Below, in pieces: positions 45,679 through 54,718 of a stretch of 64,000 nucleotides of DNA (position 1 is the stretch's first letter; every line of letters begins with the position of its first letter). Under the pieces are notes generated by a model. That model ran no database searches. It was not told the origin of the DNA and saw only the letters and a list, made by a program, of their open reading frames with translations. A program made the position numbers and the translations under genes. The DNA is from an uncultured Eubacteriales bacterium (GTDB taxonomy: Bacteria; Bacillota; Clostridia; Christensenellales; CAG-138): positions 10,545 through 74,544 of the forward strand of contig CADBYI010000002.1 in the NCBI GenBank assembly GCA_902798825.1, written 5' to 3'.

Positions 45679-46350
45679 TTATCCCAATAGAGATGCGGCT
45701 TCCTCATCCAAAAGGAAGGTGGCAGCCGCATGCAATTGCAGCATACTGGCGGGCAAGGCGGTGTTCACCGCCCCGCGGATGGCGCTTCGGGCCACTTCGG
45801 CCATATCCCGGCCGGTCATGAGCACGATGAGCTTTTTTGCGGACATCAGGGTGCTGATCCCCGCCGTCACGATCTTATCCCCCTTGTAGAGTTCCACATG
45901 GGTGGTGGGGGCGATCCCCTCCTCCGGCACGTTGAACAGAAGGGACCCGTCCGGCCCCGCGCTCAACAGAGCCACGTCCATACCCCCCGCCTGCAGGATG
46001 GTGTCCTCGAAGCCATGGCAGCTGTCCGCCCAGTTGTCGGACACGTCGTCGGGCGCCAGCACCTTTTCTTCGCCCAGGGAAAGCTCCTGATACAGGGACC
46101 TGTCCATGAAGGTGCGCAGCGGCTCCTTCCCTTCCTCTCGGACCCGCTCGGAAAGCTGGAACACGGTGGCCTTGCCCCAGCTCAACAGGCCGTTCATGGT
46201 CATAGCCCGCAGGGACTGAAAAACCGGGACCAGCGACGATGAGCAATCCACCCCCAGCACCAGGGAAGGCTTTTCAATGAGCTGCCCACCGAGGAGCGTG
46301 GCCGCCGCGGTGGCCGCAGTCTGGGCGTCGGAAAAGACCAGGACGCTCAT
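45679..46350 (-). CDS. NagB (glucosamine-6-phosphate deaminase)-fold protein lacking catalytic residues
   Basis: KPSLVLG, GGMDVALL, FNVP, GISTLMSAKK, PASMLQLH, LDEEAAS match the NagB scaffold. DEY and GHIGFNEP motifs are altered. Confidence 0.75.
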   Translation of the reverse strand: MSVLVFSDAQTAATAAATLLGGQLIEKPSLVLGVDCSSSLVPVFQSLRAMTMNGLLSWGKATVFQLSERVREEGKEPLRTFMDRSLYQELSLGEEKVLAPDDVSDNWADSCHGFEDTILQAGGMDVALLSAGPDGSLLFNVPEEGIAPTTHVELYKGDKIVTAGISTLMSAKKLIVLMTGRDMAEVARSAIRGAVNTALPASMLQLHAAATFLLDEEAASLLG

Positions 46351-47288
46351 TCGCGCTCCCCTCCCGCCGCCACAGCCTCCAGAAACAGCAGCACGTCAGC
46401 GTAGACTTCCTGACGGTTGGTCTCGTTCAGAATTTCGTGACGGGCGCCGGGATAGAGCTTGAAGGTCACTCGGGTGTGGTTGGTGTTCGCCAGGAACTTG
46501 CTGACCTTTTTCACGCCCTTGCCCATGCCGCCCACCGGGTCCATGTCGCCGGAAATCAGCAGGATGGGCATGTTGGGCACCTTAGCCGCCCATTTCGGGT
46601 TGGCAATGTGGCCCATGGCGCCCATCAGATCCCCGTATCCATAGGGAGTGAAGGGGAACCCGCACAGAGGATCATCCATATACGTCTTCACGTTCTCCTC
46701 GTCCCGGCTCAGCCAGTCGAAGGGCGTTTTAGCCCCGGGTATCTTCTTGGCGAAGCCGCCGAAGCAGAGCTTGTCCAGCTTGGGACTGGGCTCCTTCCCC
46801 CGACCCGCCTTGATCTTCCGGTTGCAGAGGAATCTGCCGATGGCCGCCATGGAGTTGGGCCCGGAGGTGCCGCAGAGGACCACGGCGTCAAAGTCGTTGG
46901 TGTAGCGGGAGATGTAATCCTGGGAAAGAAGGGACCCCATGGAATGGCCGTAGAGGGTCACGCTTATTTGGGGATTCTCCTTACGGACCGTGGCGCAGAG
47001 GGTGCGGATATCCAGCAGCGTCTTGCCCCAGCCGTCCTCGGTGCCGAAATACCCCCGAGGCATGCCCTCCTTCCAGCTCTTGCCGTGGGAAGGAAGGTCC
47101 AGACCGGACACCAAAAAGCCGTTTTCCGCCAGGAACTTGGCGAACGCGTCGTAACGGGCGATGTATTCCGACATGCCGTGAACCAGCACCACCGCGCCGC
47201 GGATCTCCTCGGGGATCCACTGCCGATAGACGATATCACACAGGCCTGTGGCCGACGGAAACCTGCGTTCCTTTTGCGTGATGCTCAT
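46347..47288 (-). CDS. Alpha/beta hydrolase (lysophospholipase-like)
   Basis: HGMSEY, GHSMG, GDMDPV, RHEILNE. Start 47288 or 47294. Confidence 0.88.
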   Translation of the reverse strand: MSITQKERRFPSATGLCDIVYRQWIPEEIRGAVVLVHGMSEYIARYDAFAKFLAENGFLVSGLDLPSHGKSWKEGMPRGYFGTEDGWGKTLLDIRTLCATVRKENPQISVTLYGHSMGSLLSQDYISRYTNDFDAVVLCGTSGPNSMAAIGRFLCNRKIKAGRGKEPSPKLDKLCFGGFAKKIPGAKTPFDWLSRDEENVKTYMDDPLCGFPFTPYGYGDLMGAMGHIANPKWAAKVPNMPILLISGDMDPVGGMGKGVKKVSKFLANTNHTRVTFKLYPGARHEILNETNRQEVYADVLLFLEAVAAGGERE

Positions 47289-47321
47289 CCCCATAAACCT
47301 CCACATTATATAGGATAGTGT

Positions 47322-47350
47322 ATTTTAGCACATGCAAACAGAAATTTCAA
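47322..47350 (-). promoter_or_regulatory. Sigma-A promoter of hydrolase-nagB-like-yebC
   Basis: TTGAAA-17 bp-TAAAAT with extended TG. Confidence 0.6.
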
Positions 47351-47380
47351 GAGAAAGCCCATAGAATGTGTCCGGTCGAT

Positions 47381-47587
47381 TCAGGCATCGGTTAGTCCCG
47401 CCTTATCCAGAAGCAAAACCACATCCCCCTGCTGCAGGATGCGGCCTTCCCCATTCAGGGCATATAGCAGGGCGGCCAGCTTCCCCACGCTGATGCCCAG
47501 CTCCTTTGCCAAAGCCTTTCTATCCTCTATACGACACGCGCCCAGATATGCCCGATCGCGCAGTGCCTTGATCAGCTTCTCTTCCAT
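47381..47587 (-). CDS. Small (68 aa) putative winged-helix protein
   Basis: GGAGG RBS and its own TTGACA/TACTAT promoter. RKALAKELGISVGKLAALLYALNGEGRI looks like HTH plus wing. Confidence 0.6.
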   Translation of the reverse strand: MEEKLIKALRDRAYLGACRIEDRKALAKELGISVGKLAALLYALNGEGRILQQGDVVLLLDKAGLTDA

Positions 47588-47606
47588 GGTTTCCTCCGTT
47601 TTTTGT

Positions 47607-47657
47607 ATAGTATTGCTTTTGTCCGTTCTTGTCAACAAAGGGGGCAGATGGTATAAT
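47607..47657. promoter_or_regulatory. Back-to-back sigma-A promoters sharing TTGTCAA
   Basis: Plus: TTGTCA(47629)-17-TATAAT(47652). Minus: TTGACA(47635)-17-TACTAT(47612). Confidence 0.75.
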
Positions 47658-47663
47658 GAGCCC

Positions 47664-48422
47664 ATGAAACTGATCTCATGGAACGTAAACGGCCTTAGAG
47701 CCTGCCTTGCCAAAGGCTTTTTGGATTTCGTCCAGGCGGAACAGCCGGACATCATCGGGCTGCAGGAGACCAAGCTCCAGCCGGAGCAGGTCAATTTTGA
47801 GCTGCCCGGGTACACCATGTATTTCAACAGCGCGGAAAAGAAGGGCTATTCCGGCACCGCCGTGTTCGTAAAGGAGCCGCCCCTCTCCGTCACCTTCGGC
47901 ATGGGTGTGGAGGAGCATGACCACGAGGGCCGCGTCATCACGCTGGAATACCAGGCGTTCTATTTCGTCACCGTGTATACCCCCAACTCTCAGGATGGGC
48001 TTCGAAGGCTCGACTATCGAATGACCTGGGAGGACGCGTTTTTGACGTATCTCAAGGGGCTGGATGAAAAGAAACCCGTTATCGTCTGCGGGGACCTCAA
48101 TGTGGCCCACGAGGAGATCGACATCAAGAACCCCAAAACGAACCGGATGAACGCTGGCTTCACCGATGAGGAACGGGCCAAGATGACCGTTTTGCTGGAC
48201 AGCGGTTTCGCGGACACCTTCCGCCGCCTGTATCCGGACGCCCGGGATCGGTACTCATGGTGGAGCTACCGTTTCCATGCCCGGGAGAACAACGCCGGCT
48301 GGCGCATCGATTACTTTTTGGTCAGCGAGCGTCTCATGGACCGGGTCCAGGACAGCCTCATTTTGAGCGACGTGTTCGGCAGCGACCACTGCCCCGTCGA
48401 GCTGCTTTTGGAGGCCCTATGA
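47664..48422 (+). CDS. exoA: Exodeoxyribonuclease III (AP endonuclease)
   Basis: SWNVNGLRA, LQETK, GDLNVAH, WRIDYF, SDHCP. Confidence 0.96.
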   Translation: MKLISWNVNGLRACLAKGFLDFVQAEQPDIIGLQETKLQPEQVNFELPGYTMYFNSAEKKGYSGTAVFVKEPPLSVTFGMGVEEHDHEGRVITLEYQAFYFVTVYTPNSQDGLRRLDYRMTWEDAFLTYLKGLDEKKPVIVCGDLNVAHEEIDIKNPKTNRMNAGFTDEERAKMTVLLDSGFADTFRRLYPDARDRYSWWSYRFHARENNAGWRIDYFLVSERLMDRVQDSLILSDVFGSDHCPVELLLEAL

Positions 48423-49000
48423 AGATCATCCTTGCCTCCCAATCCCCTCGGCGCCGGGAGATACTGACCCTGATGGAGATACCCTTTAAGGTCATCGAAA
48501 GCCATGTGCAGGAGATACCCCCCGAAGGCGCCACGCCGGAGGAGTTGGTGAAGGCCCTGGCGGAGCAGAAGGCCCGGGCGGTGTTTAGTTTGCATCCCAA
48601 CGACTGCGTCATCGGCGCGGACACGGTGGTTGACCTGGACGGCCGGGTGCTGGGCAAGCCCCACACCCCGGAACGGGCCAGGGAATACTTGCATCTGCTG
48701 CAGGGCCGGAGCCACATCGTATACACCGGCATTTGCGTGCTGACCCCGGGCCATGCGGACATCCGCTCCGCCCGGACGGACGTGACCTTTCGGCCCATGA
48801 GCGACGAGGAGATCGACTGGTACGTGAACACCGGCGACCCCTTGGACAAGGCGGGCTCCTATGGGGTCCAGGGCCCTGCCAGCCTCTTTGTGGATCATCT
48901 GGAGGGCAACTATTTCAACATCATCGGCATGCCCGCCCCCACCCTCTATGAGATGCTGCTCTCGGCCCATGTGATCGATCAGCAACACAGGGTCCTATGA
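48419..49000 (+). CDS. maf: Maf/YhdE nucleoside triphosphate pyrophosphatase
   Basis: ILASQSPRR, GADTVV, GKP, DKAGSYGVQ. Confidence 0.92.
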   Translation: MKIILASQSPRRREILTLMEIPFKVIESHVQEIPPEGATPEELVKALAEQKARAVFSLHPNDCVIGADTVVDLDGRVLGKPHTPERAREYLHLLQGRSHIVYTGICVLTPGHADIRSARTDVTFRPMSDEEIDWYVNTGDPLDKAGSYGVQGPASLFVDHLEGNYFNIIGMPAPTLYEMLLSAHVIDQQHRVL

Positions 49001-50844
49001 ATCAGGTCATCGCCGACAAACTGAAGCTCCTCCCAGACACCCCCGGCGTCTATAAGATGTTCGACGATACGGGCACGGTCATCTATGTGGGCAAGGCCAT
49101 CAGCCTGAAGAATCGTGTCAGCCAATACTTCCAGGCGAACAAGGACCATCCCCCCAAGGTCCGGGCCATGGTGAGCCACATCGCCGACTTTGAGACCATC
49201 GGCGTGAACAATGAGATGGAGGCCCTCTCCCTGGAGAGCAACCTCATCAAGGAGTTCATGCCCAAGTATAATATCCTTCTGAAGGACGACAAGCACTTTC
49301 CCTACGTGCGGATCGACCTGAAGCAGGATTTCCCCCGGGTGGAGGTGGTCCGTCGCATCCGACGGGACGGGGCCACGTACCTGGGGCCCTATCTGTCCGC
49401 CATCGAGCTTAGGGAACAGGTGGCCGTCATCCGGTCCCACTTCCCCATCCGCCCCTGCCGAAAGGACATGGCACGGGCCATCGCCCGGCGGGAGCGTCCC
49501 TGCCTCATGTATCACATCGGCAAGTGCTGCGCCCCCTGCTCCGGTCAGGTGAGCCGGGAGACCTATCACGGGTATGTGAAGGAGGTCATCGCCTTTTTGG
49601 AGGGCCACACAGACCAGGTCCTGGCCGATCTTACGGCCCAGATGAACGAAGCCGCCGATGGATTGGAGTTTGAGCGGGCCGCGCGCCTCCGGGATCAGAT
49701 CCGCTCCATCGAAGGGCTCAAGGAGAAACAGGTGGCCATCTTCCCCAAGGAGACCGAAGCGGACGTGTTCGCCCCGGCCAAGCTGGAGGATCAGGCCGTG
49801 GTCTTCGCCCTGTTTTTGCGGCAGGGAAAGATCGTGGGCACGGAGCATTTCTCCATGACCGCCGTCAGCGAGGACGACCCGGCGGAGATATTGGCCGCCT
49901 TTCTCACTCAGTTTTATGATCGGGACGGCATCCTGCCCGCCCGGGAGGTGCTGCTCTCCTGCCCCGTGTCCAACGCGAACGCCGTGGAGGAGATGCTGTC
50001 CGGCCGAGCAGGTCGGAAGGTGAAGCTGACCGTGCCCCAGCGGGGCGACAAGAAAAAACTGACGGAGCTGGCCGAGAAGAACGGCCGGGAGCTGCTTGAG
50101 AAGGAGAAGACCCTGCGGGAGAAGGCCTGGGATCGGGACGAGGGCGCCGCGGTACAGCTGGCGGGGCTCTTGGGATTGGACGAGTTCCCCACCCGCATGG
50201 AGTGCTTCGACAACTCCCACATCATGGGAACGGACACGGTGTCCTCCATGGTGGTGTTCACCGACGGAAAGCCGGACAAGAACGCCTATCGGCGCTTCCG
50301 CATCCGGGCAGAGGCCGGCGGAGACGATCTTGTCGCCATGGAGGAGGTGCTGACCCGGCGCTTCAAGAAGGGTCCCCCCTATCCGGACCTGCTGATCATC
50401 GACGGCGGCAAGACCCAGCTGGCGGTGGCGGAAAAGGTGCTGAACGAAGCGGGCCTTCCTTACCTAAATGTGATCGCCCTGGCGGAAAGCCAGGAAATCA
50501 TCTACACCCCGGACAGCGACGAGGGCATCGTCCTTCCCAGAAGCAGTCCCGTGCTCCATCTGCTGCAGCGGATACGGGACGAAGCCCACCGCTTCGCCAT
50601 CTCCTACCACCGGTCATTGCACCAGCGCAACGCGCTTTTGTCGGTGCTGGACGGCATCGAGGGCATCGGGGATACCCGCAAGCGCGCCCTCTTCGACGCC
50701 TTTATCACCCGGGACGCCATCGCAGGCGCCACCGTGGAGGAGTTATCCAAGGTAAAGGGCATGAGCAAGCCCGCGGCGGAGGCGGTGTACCGCTTTTTCC
50801 ACCCGGCAGACGATACCAACGAAACAGAAAAGAAGGAAGGTTGA
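48997..50844 (+). CDS. uvrC: Excinuclease ABC subunit C
   Basis: GIY-YIG PGVY..YVGKA, FDNSH, DGGKTQ, RDEAHRFA, HhH. Confidence 0.96.
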   Translation: MNQVIADKLKLLPDTPGVYKMFDDTGTVIYVGKAISLKNRVSQYFQANKDHPPKVRAMVSHIADFETIGVNNEMEALSLESNLIKEFMPKYNILLKDDKHFPYVRIDLKQDFPRVEVVRRIRRDGATYLGPYLSAIELREQVAVIRSHFPIRPCRKDMARAIARRERPCLMYHIGKCCAPCSGQVSRETYHGYVKEVIAFLEGHTDQVLADLTAQMNEAADGLEFERAARLRDQIRSIEGLKEKQVAIFPKETEADVFAPAKLEDQAVVFALFLRQGKIVGTEHFSMTAVSEDDPAEILAAFLTQFYDRDGILPAREVLLSCPVSNANAVEEMLSGRAGRKVKLTVPQRGDKKKLTELAEKNGRELLEKEKTLREKAWDRDEGAAVQLAGLLGLDEFPTRMECFDNSHIMGTDTVSSMVVFTDGKPDKNAYRRFRIRAEAGGDDLVAMEEVLTRRFKKGPPYPDLLIIDGGKTQLAVAEKVLNEAGLPYLNVIALAESQEIIYTPDSDEGIVLPRSSPVLHLLQRIRDEAHRFAISYHRSLHQRNALLSVLDGIEGIGDTRKRALFDAFITRDAIAGATVEELSKVKGMSKPAAEAVYRFFHPADDTNETEKKEG

Positions 50845-50847
50845 ACT

Positions 50848-51963
50848 ATGGAAACGAAGGAAACGAAAAAAATCATCCTCACCGGCGATCGGCCCACGGG
50901 GCGGCTGCACCTGGGACATTTTGTGGGCTCCCTGCGGCGGCGAGTGGAGCTGCAGAATTCAGGGGAGTTCGACGCCATCAACATACTTATCGCCGACGAT
51001 CAGGCTCTGACGGACAATGCCGACAATCCGGCCAAGATACGGGAGAACATCGTGAACGTGGCGCTGGACTATCTGTCCGCCGGTCTGGACCCGGAGAAGA
51101 CCACCATCTGCATCCAGTCCCATCTGCCGGCCCTTCACGCCCTGACCTTCTACTATATGAATCTGGTGACCACGGCCCGGCTCTCCCGGAACCCCACCGT
51201 CAAGGCGGAGATGCAGCTTCGCGGCTTCGCCGATGAGGGACTTCCCGCCGGGTTTTTCGCCTACCCCGTGTCCCAGGCGGCGGATATCACCGCCTTCGAT
51301 GCCACGGTGGTACCCGTGGGCGAGGATCAGCTGCCCATGATCGAACAGACCCGAGAGATCGTGGAGAAGTTCAACCGGACCTATGGGGAGACGTTGGTCA
51401 TGCCTAAGGCCATGATTCCCGAGAACGAGAACCAGAGGCGGCTGCCCGGCGTGGACGGCAAGGCCAAGATGAGCAAATCCCTGGGCAACTGCATCTACCT
51501 CTCCGACGACGCCAAGACCGTGAAAAAGCAGGTGAACGGCAAGATGTTCACGGACCCCCAGCACCTGAAGATCGAGGACCCCGGGCACATCGAGGGTAAC
51601 GTGGTGTTCACCTATCTGGACGCCTTTTCCACGGACGATCACTTCAAAGAGTTCCTCCCCCAGTATGCCAACCTGGATGAGATGAAGGCTCACTATCAGA
51701 AGGGCGGCCTTGGAGACGGGACGTGCAAGAAGTTTTTGATCCAGGTTTTGGAGGAGACCCTCTCCCCCATCCGCGCCGAACGGGCCAAGTGGGAAGCGGA
51801 CCTGGATACCGTCTACGACATCCTGCAGGCGGGCACAGCCAAGGCCCAGACCGTCACCAACGCCACCCTTGCCCGGGTGGAAAAGGCCATGCGCATCGAT
51901 TACTTCGCCGATAGACGCATCGTCAAGGAATGGGAAAAGCAGCTCAAGGCAGCAAAACTGTAA
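50848..51963 (+). CDS. trpS: Tryptophanyl-tRNA synthetase
   Basis: TGDRPTGRLHLGH, VPVGEDQ, KMSKS. Confidence 0.96.
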   Translation: METKETKKIILTGDRPTGRLHLGHFVGSLRRRVELQNSGEFDAINILIADDQALTDNADNPAKIRENIVNVALDYLSAGLDPEKTTICIQSHLPALHALTFYYMNLVTTARLSRNPTVKAEMQLRGFADEGLPAGFFAYPVSQAADITAFDATVVPVGEDQLPMIEQTREIVEKFNRTYGETLVMPKAMIPENENQRRLPGVDGKAKMSKSLGNCIYLSDDAKTVKKQVNGKMFTDPQHLKIEDPGHIEGNVVFTYLDAFSTDDHFKEFLPQYANLDEMKAHYQKGGLGDGTCKKFLIQVLEETLSPIRAERAKWEADLDTVYDILQAGTAKAQTVTNATLARVEKAMRIDYFADRRIVKEWEKQLKAAKL

Positions 51964-51976
51964 CGATTGAACCAAT

Positions 51977-52006
51977 GAAAAAGGAGGGCTCACGCCCTCC
52001 TTTTTC
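51977..52006. terminator. Bidirectional terminator
   Basis: GAAAAAGGAGGGC-TCAC-GCCCTCCTTTTTC. Confidence 0.85.
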
Positions 52007-52011
52007 GTGTG

Positions 52012-52476
52012 TCAGAACAGCTCGTCGCCCGGCAGGAGTCGGCTTCGGGCAGCTTTGATGTTCTCGATGCCAAGAACATGATAGGTTTGTGAAGCGGTGC
52101 GTATGGTGAGGCCGGGCAAAAGCGTGCGTCCGGTCAGCTTGATCTCCTGAAGGGATGCATCCGCCACTTCCTCCCGGCCTATTTCGAAGGCTGCCCCCGT
52201 CCCATTTCGCGGGTCCACGCCGTATCCGCGGACCGTGTCCCCGTCCATGAGCAAATAGGTGTTTTCCCAGCTTTTCAAAAAGCGAAGAAAGCGTATCAGG
52301 CACAGGATGAGGTAAACCGCGCACAGAAAGCAGGCAACGGCGATCAGGTACCGGGGTGGGGCCGCAAAGCATTGCCGCGCCGCCAGGCCCAACGCGATGC
52401 CGATGATCGCCAGATACACGAACACATTCAGTTTGATGGTCTCGCCGACCCGTTTGTCCTTTTCAAATCGCATCAT
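52012..52476 (-). CDS. Hypothetical membrane protein (two TM helices plus soluble beta domain)
   Basis: Fills the gap between two terminators. Two hydrophobic segments. No clear RBS. Confidence 0.55.
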   Translation of the reverse strand: MMRFEKDKRVGETIKLNVFVYLAIIGIALGLAARQCFAAPPRYLIAVACFLCAVYLILCLIRFLRFLKSWENTYLLMDGDTVRGYGVDPRNGTGAAFEIGREEVADASLQEIKLTGRTLLPGLTIRTASQTYHVLGIENIKAARSRLLPGDELF

Positions 52477-52477
52477 C

Positions 52478-52510
52478 AAAAGAAAACAGGAGGGAGCAGC
52501 CTCCCTCCTG
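52478..52510 (-). terminator. Terminator of the EF-G2 gene
   Basis: CAGGAGGGAG-GCTG-CTCCCTCCTG-TTTTCTTTT on the minus strand. Confidence 0.8.
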
Positions 52511-52523
52511 ATGGGTCCTTGTT

Positions 52524-54596
52524 TTACTCGTCCTCTTCGTCCTCAATCTTGGCCGCCTCGATGATCTTCTTGGCCTTGTCGCCGGGCACATCCTCATAGC
52601 GGACAAACTCGCTCTTGAAGGAGCCGCGGGCCTGGGTCATGGCCAGCAGATCGGTGGCGTACTTGGTCATCTCGGCCAGAGGCGCTTCGGCCACAACTTC
52701 GGTGAGACCGCCGTCCACGGGGTTCATGCCCAACATCCGGCCCCGACGACGGTTCAGATCGCCGATGATATCACCCACGTTGTCGTTGGGCACCAGGATA
52801 TCGTACCGATAGATGGGCTCGATCAGGGCGGGAGACGCCTTCACGCAGGCCGCCTTATAGGCCAAGCGGGCCGCGGACTTGAAGGCCACTTCCTTGGAAT
52901 CCACGGGATGATACTTGCCGAAGAACAACGTGGCCTTGACGCCGATCATGGGATAGCCGGCCAGCACGCCGTGCTGCATGGCTTCCCTCAGACCCTTGTC
53001 CACGGCGGGGATGAACTCGCGGGGGACCACGCCGCCCACGATGGCATCCACGAACTCGTAATCCACGCCCTCGTCAGCGGGCTCGAAGCGGATGTTGACC
53101 ACGCCGAACTGGCCGCTGCCGCCGGTCTGCTTCTTATGCTTACCTTCGGCCTCCGCGGTGGAGCGGATGGTCTCCCGATAGGGGATGCGCTGCTCGTTTA
53201 GGGTGGCTTCCACGTTGAACTTGTTCTTCAGCTTGCTGCACACCACGTCGAGGTGCTTCTCACCCAGACCGCACAGGAGCACGTCACCGGTCTCGATGTT
53301 CTTCTCAATGGTGATGGTGGGATCCTCCTCACGGATGCGGTTGAGGCCGGCGATGACCTTGTCGTCCTCCCCCTTGTTCTTGGCCGCGATGGCCAGGGCG
53401 ATGCAGGCCTTGGGGAAGTCGATGGGGGCCACCTTCACGATGTCGCTCTGCTCTGCGAGGGTGTCGTTGGTGGCGGTGTACTGGAGCTTGGGCAGGGCGC
53501 CGATGTCGCCGGCGTTGAGCTTATCCACGGCGATGGTCTTCTTGCCGCGAATGAGCACGGGGGCGGTGGGCTTCTCGGCCTTCTCGCTGTTCACGTTATA
53601 GGGCGTCACGTTGATGTCCAGGGTGCCACGATGGACTTTGACGATGGAGTACTTGCCGAACTGGTCGTTGATGGTCTTGGCCACGGTGGCGACCATCTTG
53701 CCGTCCCGAGTGAGCTCAATGGCGTTGCCGGCGGCGTCGGTAGCGGCGGGGAGCTTGGCGTCGGCCGCGGCGGGCAGATAGTGGACGATGTCGTCGAGCA
53801 GCGTGAACACGCCCGCGTTGTTGAGGGCGGAGGTGCAGACCACGGGGGTCACGGTGCCTTCCTTGACGCCCTTGCTCAAACCGAAGAGGATGTCCTCTTT
53901 GGGCAGCTCCATCTCCTCGAAGTACTTCTCCATCAGCTCTTCATCCGCCTCGGCAGCGGCTTCGGTGAGCTTCTCATAGAGGGACTGGGCCTCATCGCTC
54001 AGGTTGCCGGGCACAGCCACTTCCTTCAGATTCTTGCCGTCAAAGAGATAGGCGGTCATGTTGATGATGTCCACGAAGCCCTTGAAGTTGCTGCCTTCCA
54101 TGATGGGCAGCTGGATGGGGACCACGTTGGGGCCGAACTTTTCGTTGACCGCCGCCATGACCTTTTCAAAGCTGGCGTTCTCACGGTCCATCTGGTTGAT
54201 GACCATCATGCGGGGCATGCTCTGGGCCTGGCACATGGCCATGGCCTTCTCGGCGCCCACCACGGGGCCGGAGACGGCGCCCACCACGATGATGGCGCTG
54301 TCGGCCAAGAACGCGGCGGAGGCCACATCGCCATAGAAGTCGTAGCCGCCCGGGGCATCGATAAAGTTGATCTTGGTGTTCTTCCACTCCACGGGCTCCA
54401 CGGACATATTGATGGAGCAGCCGCGCTTGGCTTCTTCGGGATCGAAGTCGGAGACGGTGGTGCCGTTCTCCACCTTGCCGATACGATCGATGAGGCCGGT
54501 GTTGAACAAAATGGTCTCTACGAGTGTGGTCTTTCCTTCGCCGGCATGGCCGAACACGCCCACGTTGCGAATGGATTCAGCGGTATAGTTCTTCAT
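52524..54596 (-). CDS. fusA2: Elongation factor G paralogue (EF-G2)
   Basis: GHAGEGKTT, DAPGGYDF, NQMD, KKQTGGSGQFG, GVLAGYP, DLNRRRG. Outside the str operon. Confidence 0.9.
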   Translation of the reverse strand: MKNYTAESIRNVGVFGHAGEGKTTLVETILFNTGLIDRIGKVENGTTVSDFDPEEAKRGCSINMSVEPVEWKNTKINFIDAPGGYDFYGDVASAAFLADSAIIVVGAVSGPVVGAEKAMAMCQAQSMPRMMVINQMDRENASFEKVMAAVNEKFGPNVVPIQLPIMEGSNFKGFVDIINMTAYLFDGKNLKEVAVPGNLSDEAQSLYEKLTEAAAEADEELMEKYFEEMELPKEDILFGLSKGVKEGTVTPVVCTSALNNAGVFTLLDDIVHYLPAAADAKLPAATDAAGNAIELTRDGKMVATVAKTINDQFGKYSIVKVHRGTLDINVTPYNVNSEKAEKPTAPVLIRGKKTIAVDKLNAGDIGALPKLQYTATNDTLAEQSDIVKVAPIDFPKACIALAIAAKNKGEDDKVIAGLNRIREEDPTITIEKNIETGDVLLCGLGEKHLDVVCSKLKNKFNVEATLNEQRIPYRETIRSTAEAEGKHKKQTGGSGQFGVVNIRFEPADEGVDYEFVDAIVGGVVPREFIPAVDKGLREAMQHGVLAGYPMIGVKATLFFGKYHPVDSKEVAFKSAARLAYKAACVKASPALIEPIYRYDILVPNDNVGDIIGDLNRRRGRMLGMNPVDGGLTEVVAEAPLAEMTKYATDLLAMTQARGSFKSEFVRYEDVPGDKAKKIIEAAKIEDEEDE

Positions 54597-54685
54597 CCTG
54601 TTTCCCCCTATCGGTTTGTTTCTCTAATGTATATCCTCTGTGGAGAAGGACTTCTCCACGCAAATACCCATTTTAGCTAAAGGGT

Positions 54686-54715
54686 ATATTACCACAGGTA
54701 GTATGTTTTTGTCAA
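54686..54715 (-). promoter_or_regulatory. Promoter of the EF-G2 gene
   Basis: TTGACA-18 bp-TAATAT with extended TG on the minus strand. Confidence 0.55.
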
Positions 54716-54718
54716 ATG

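Noticed and set aside
47381-47827. 148-aa version of the small wHTH ORF and the 327-aa version of exoA
   Set aside because: RBS and promoter positions support starts at 47587 and 47664. The longer versions would overlap each other.
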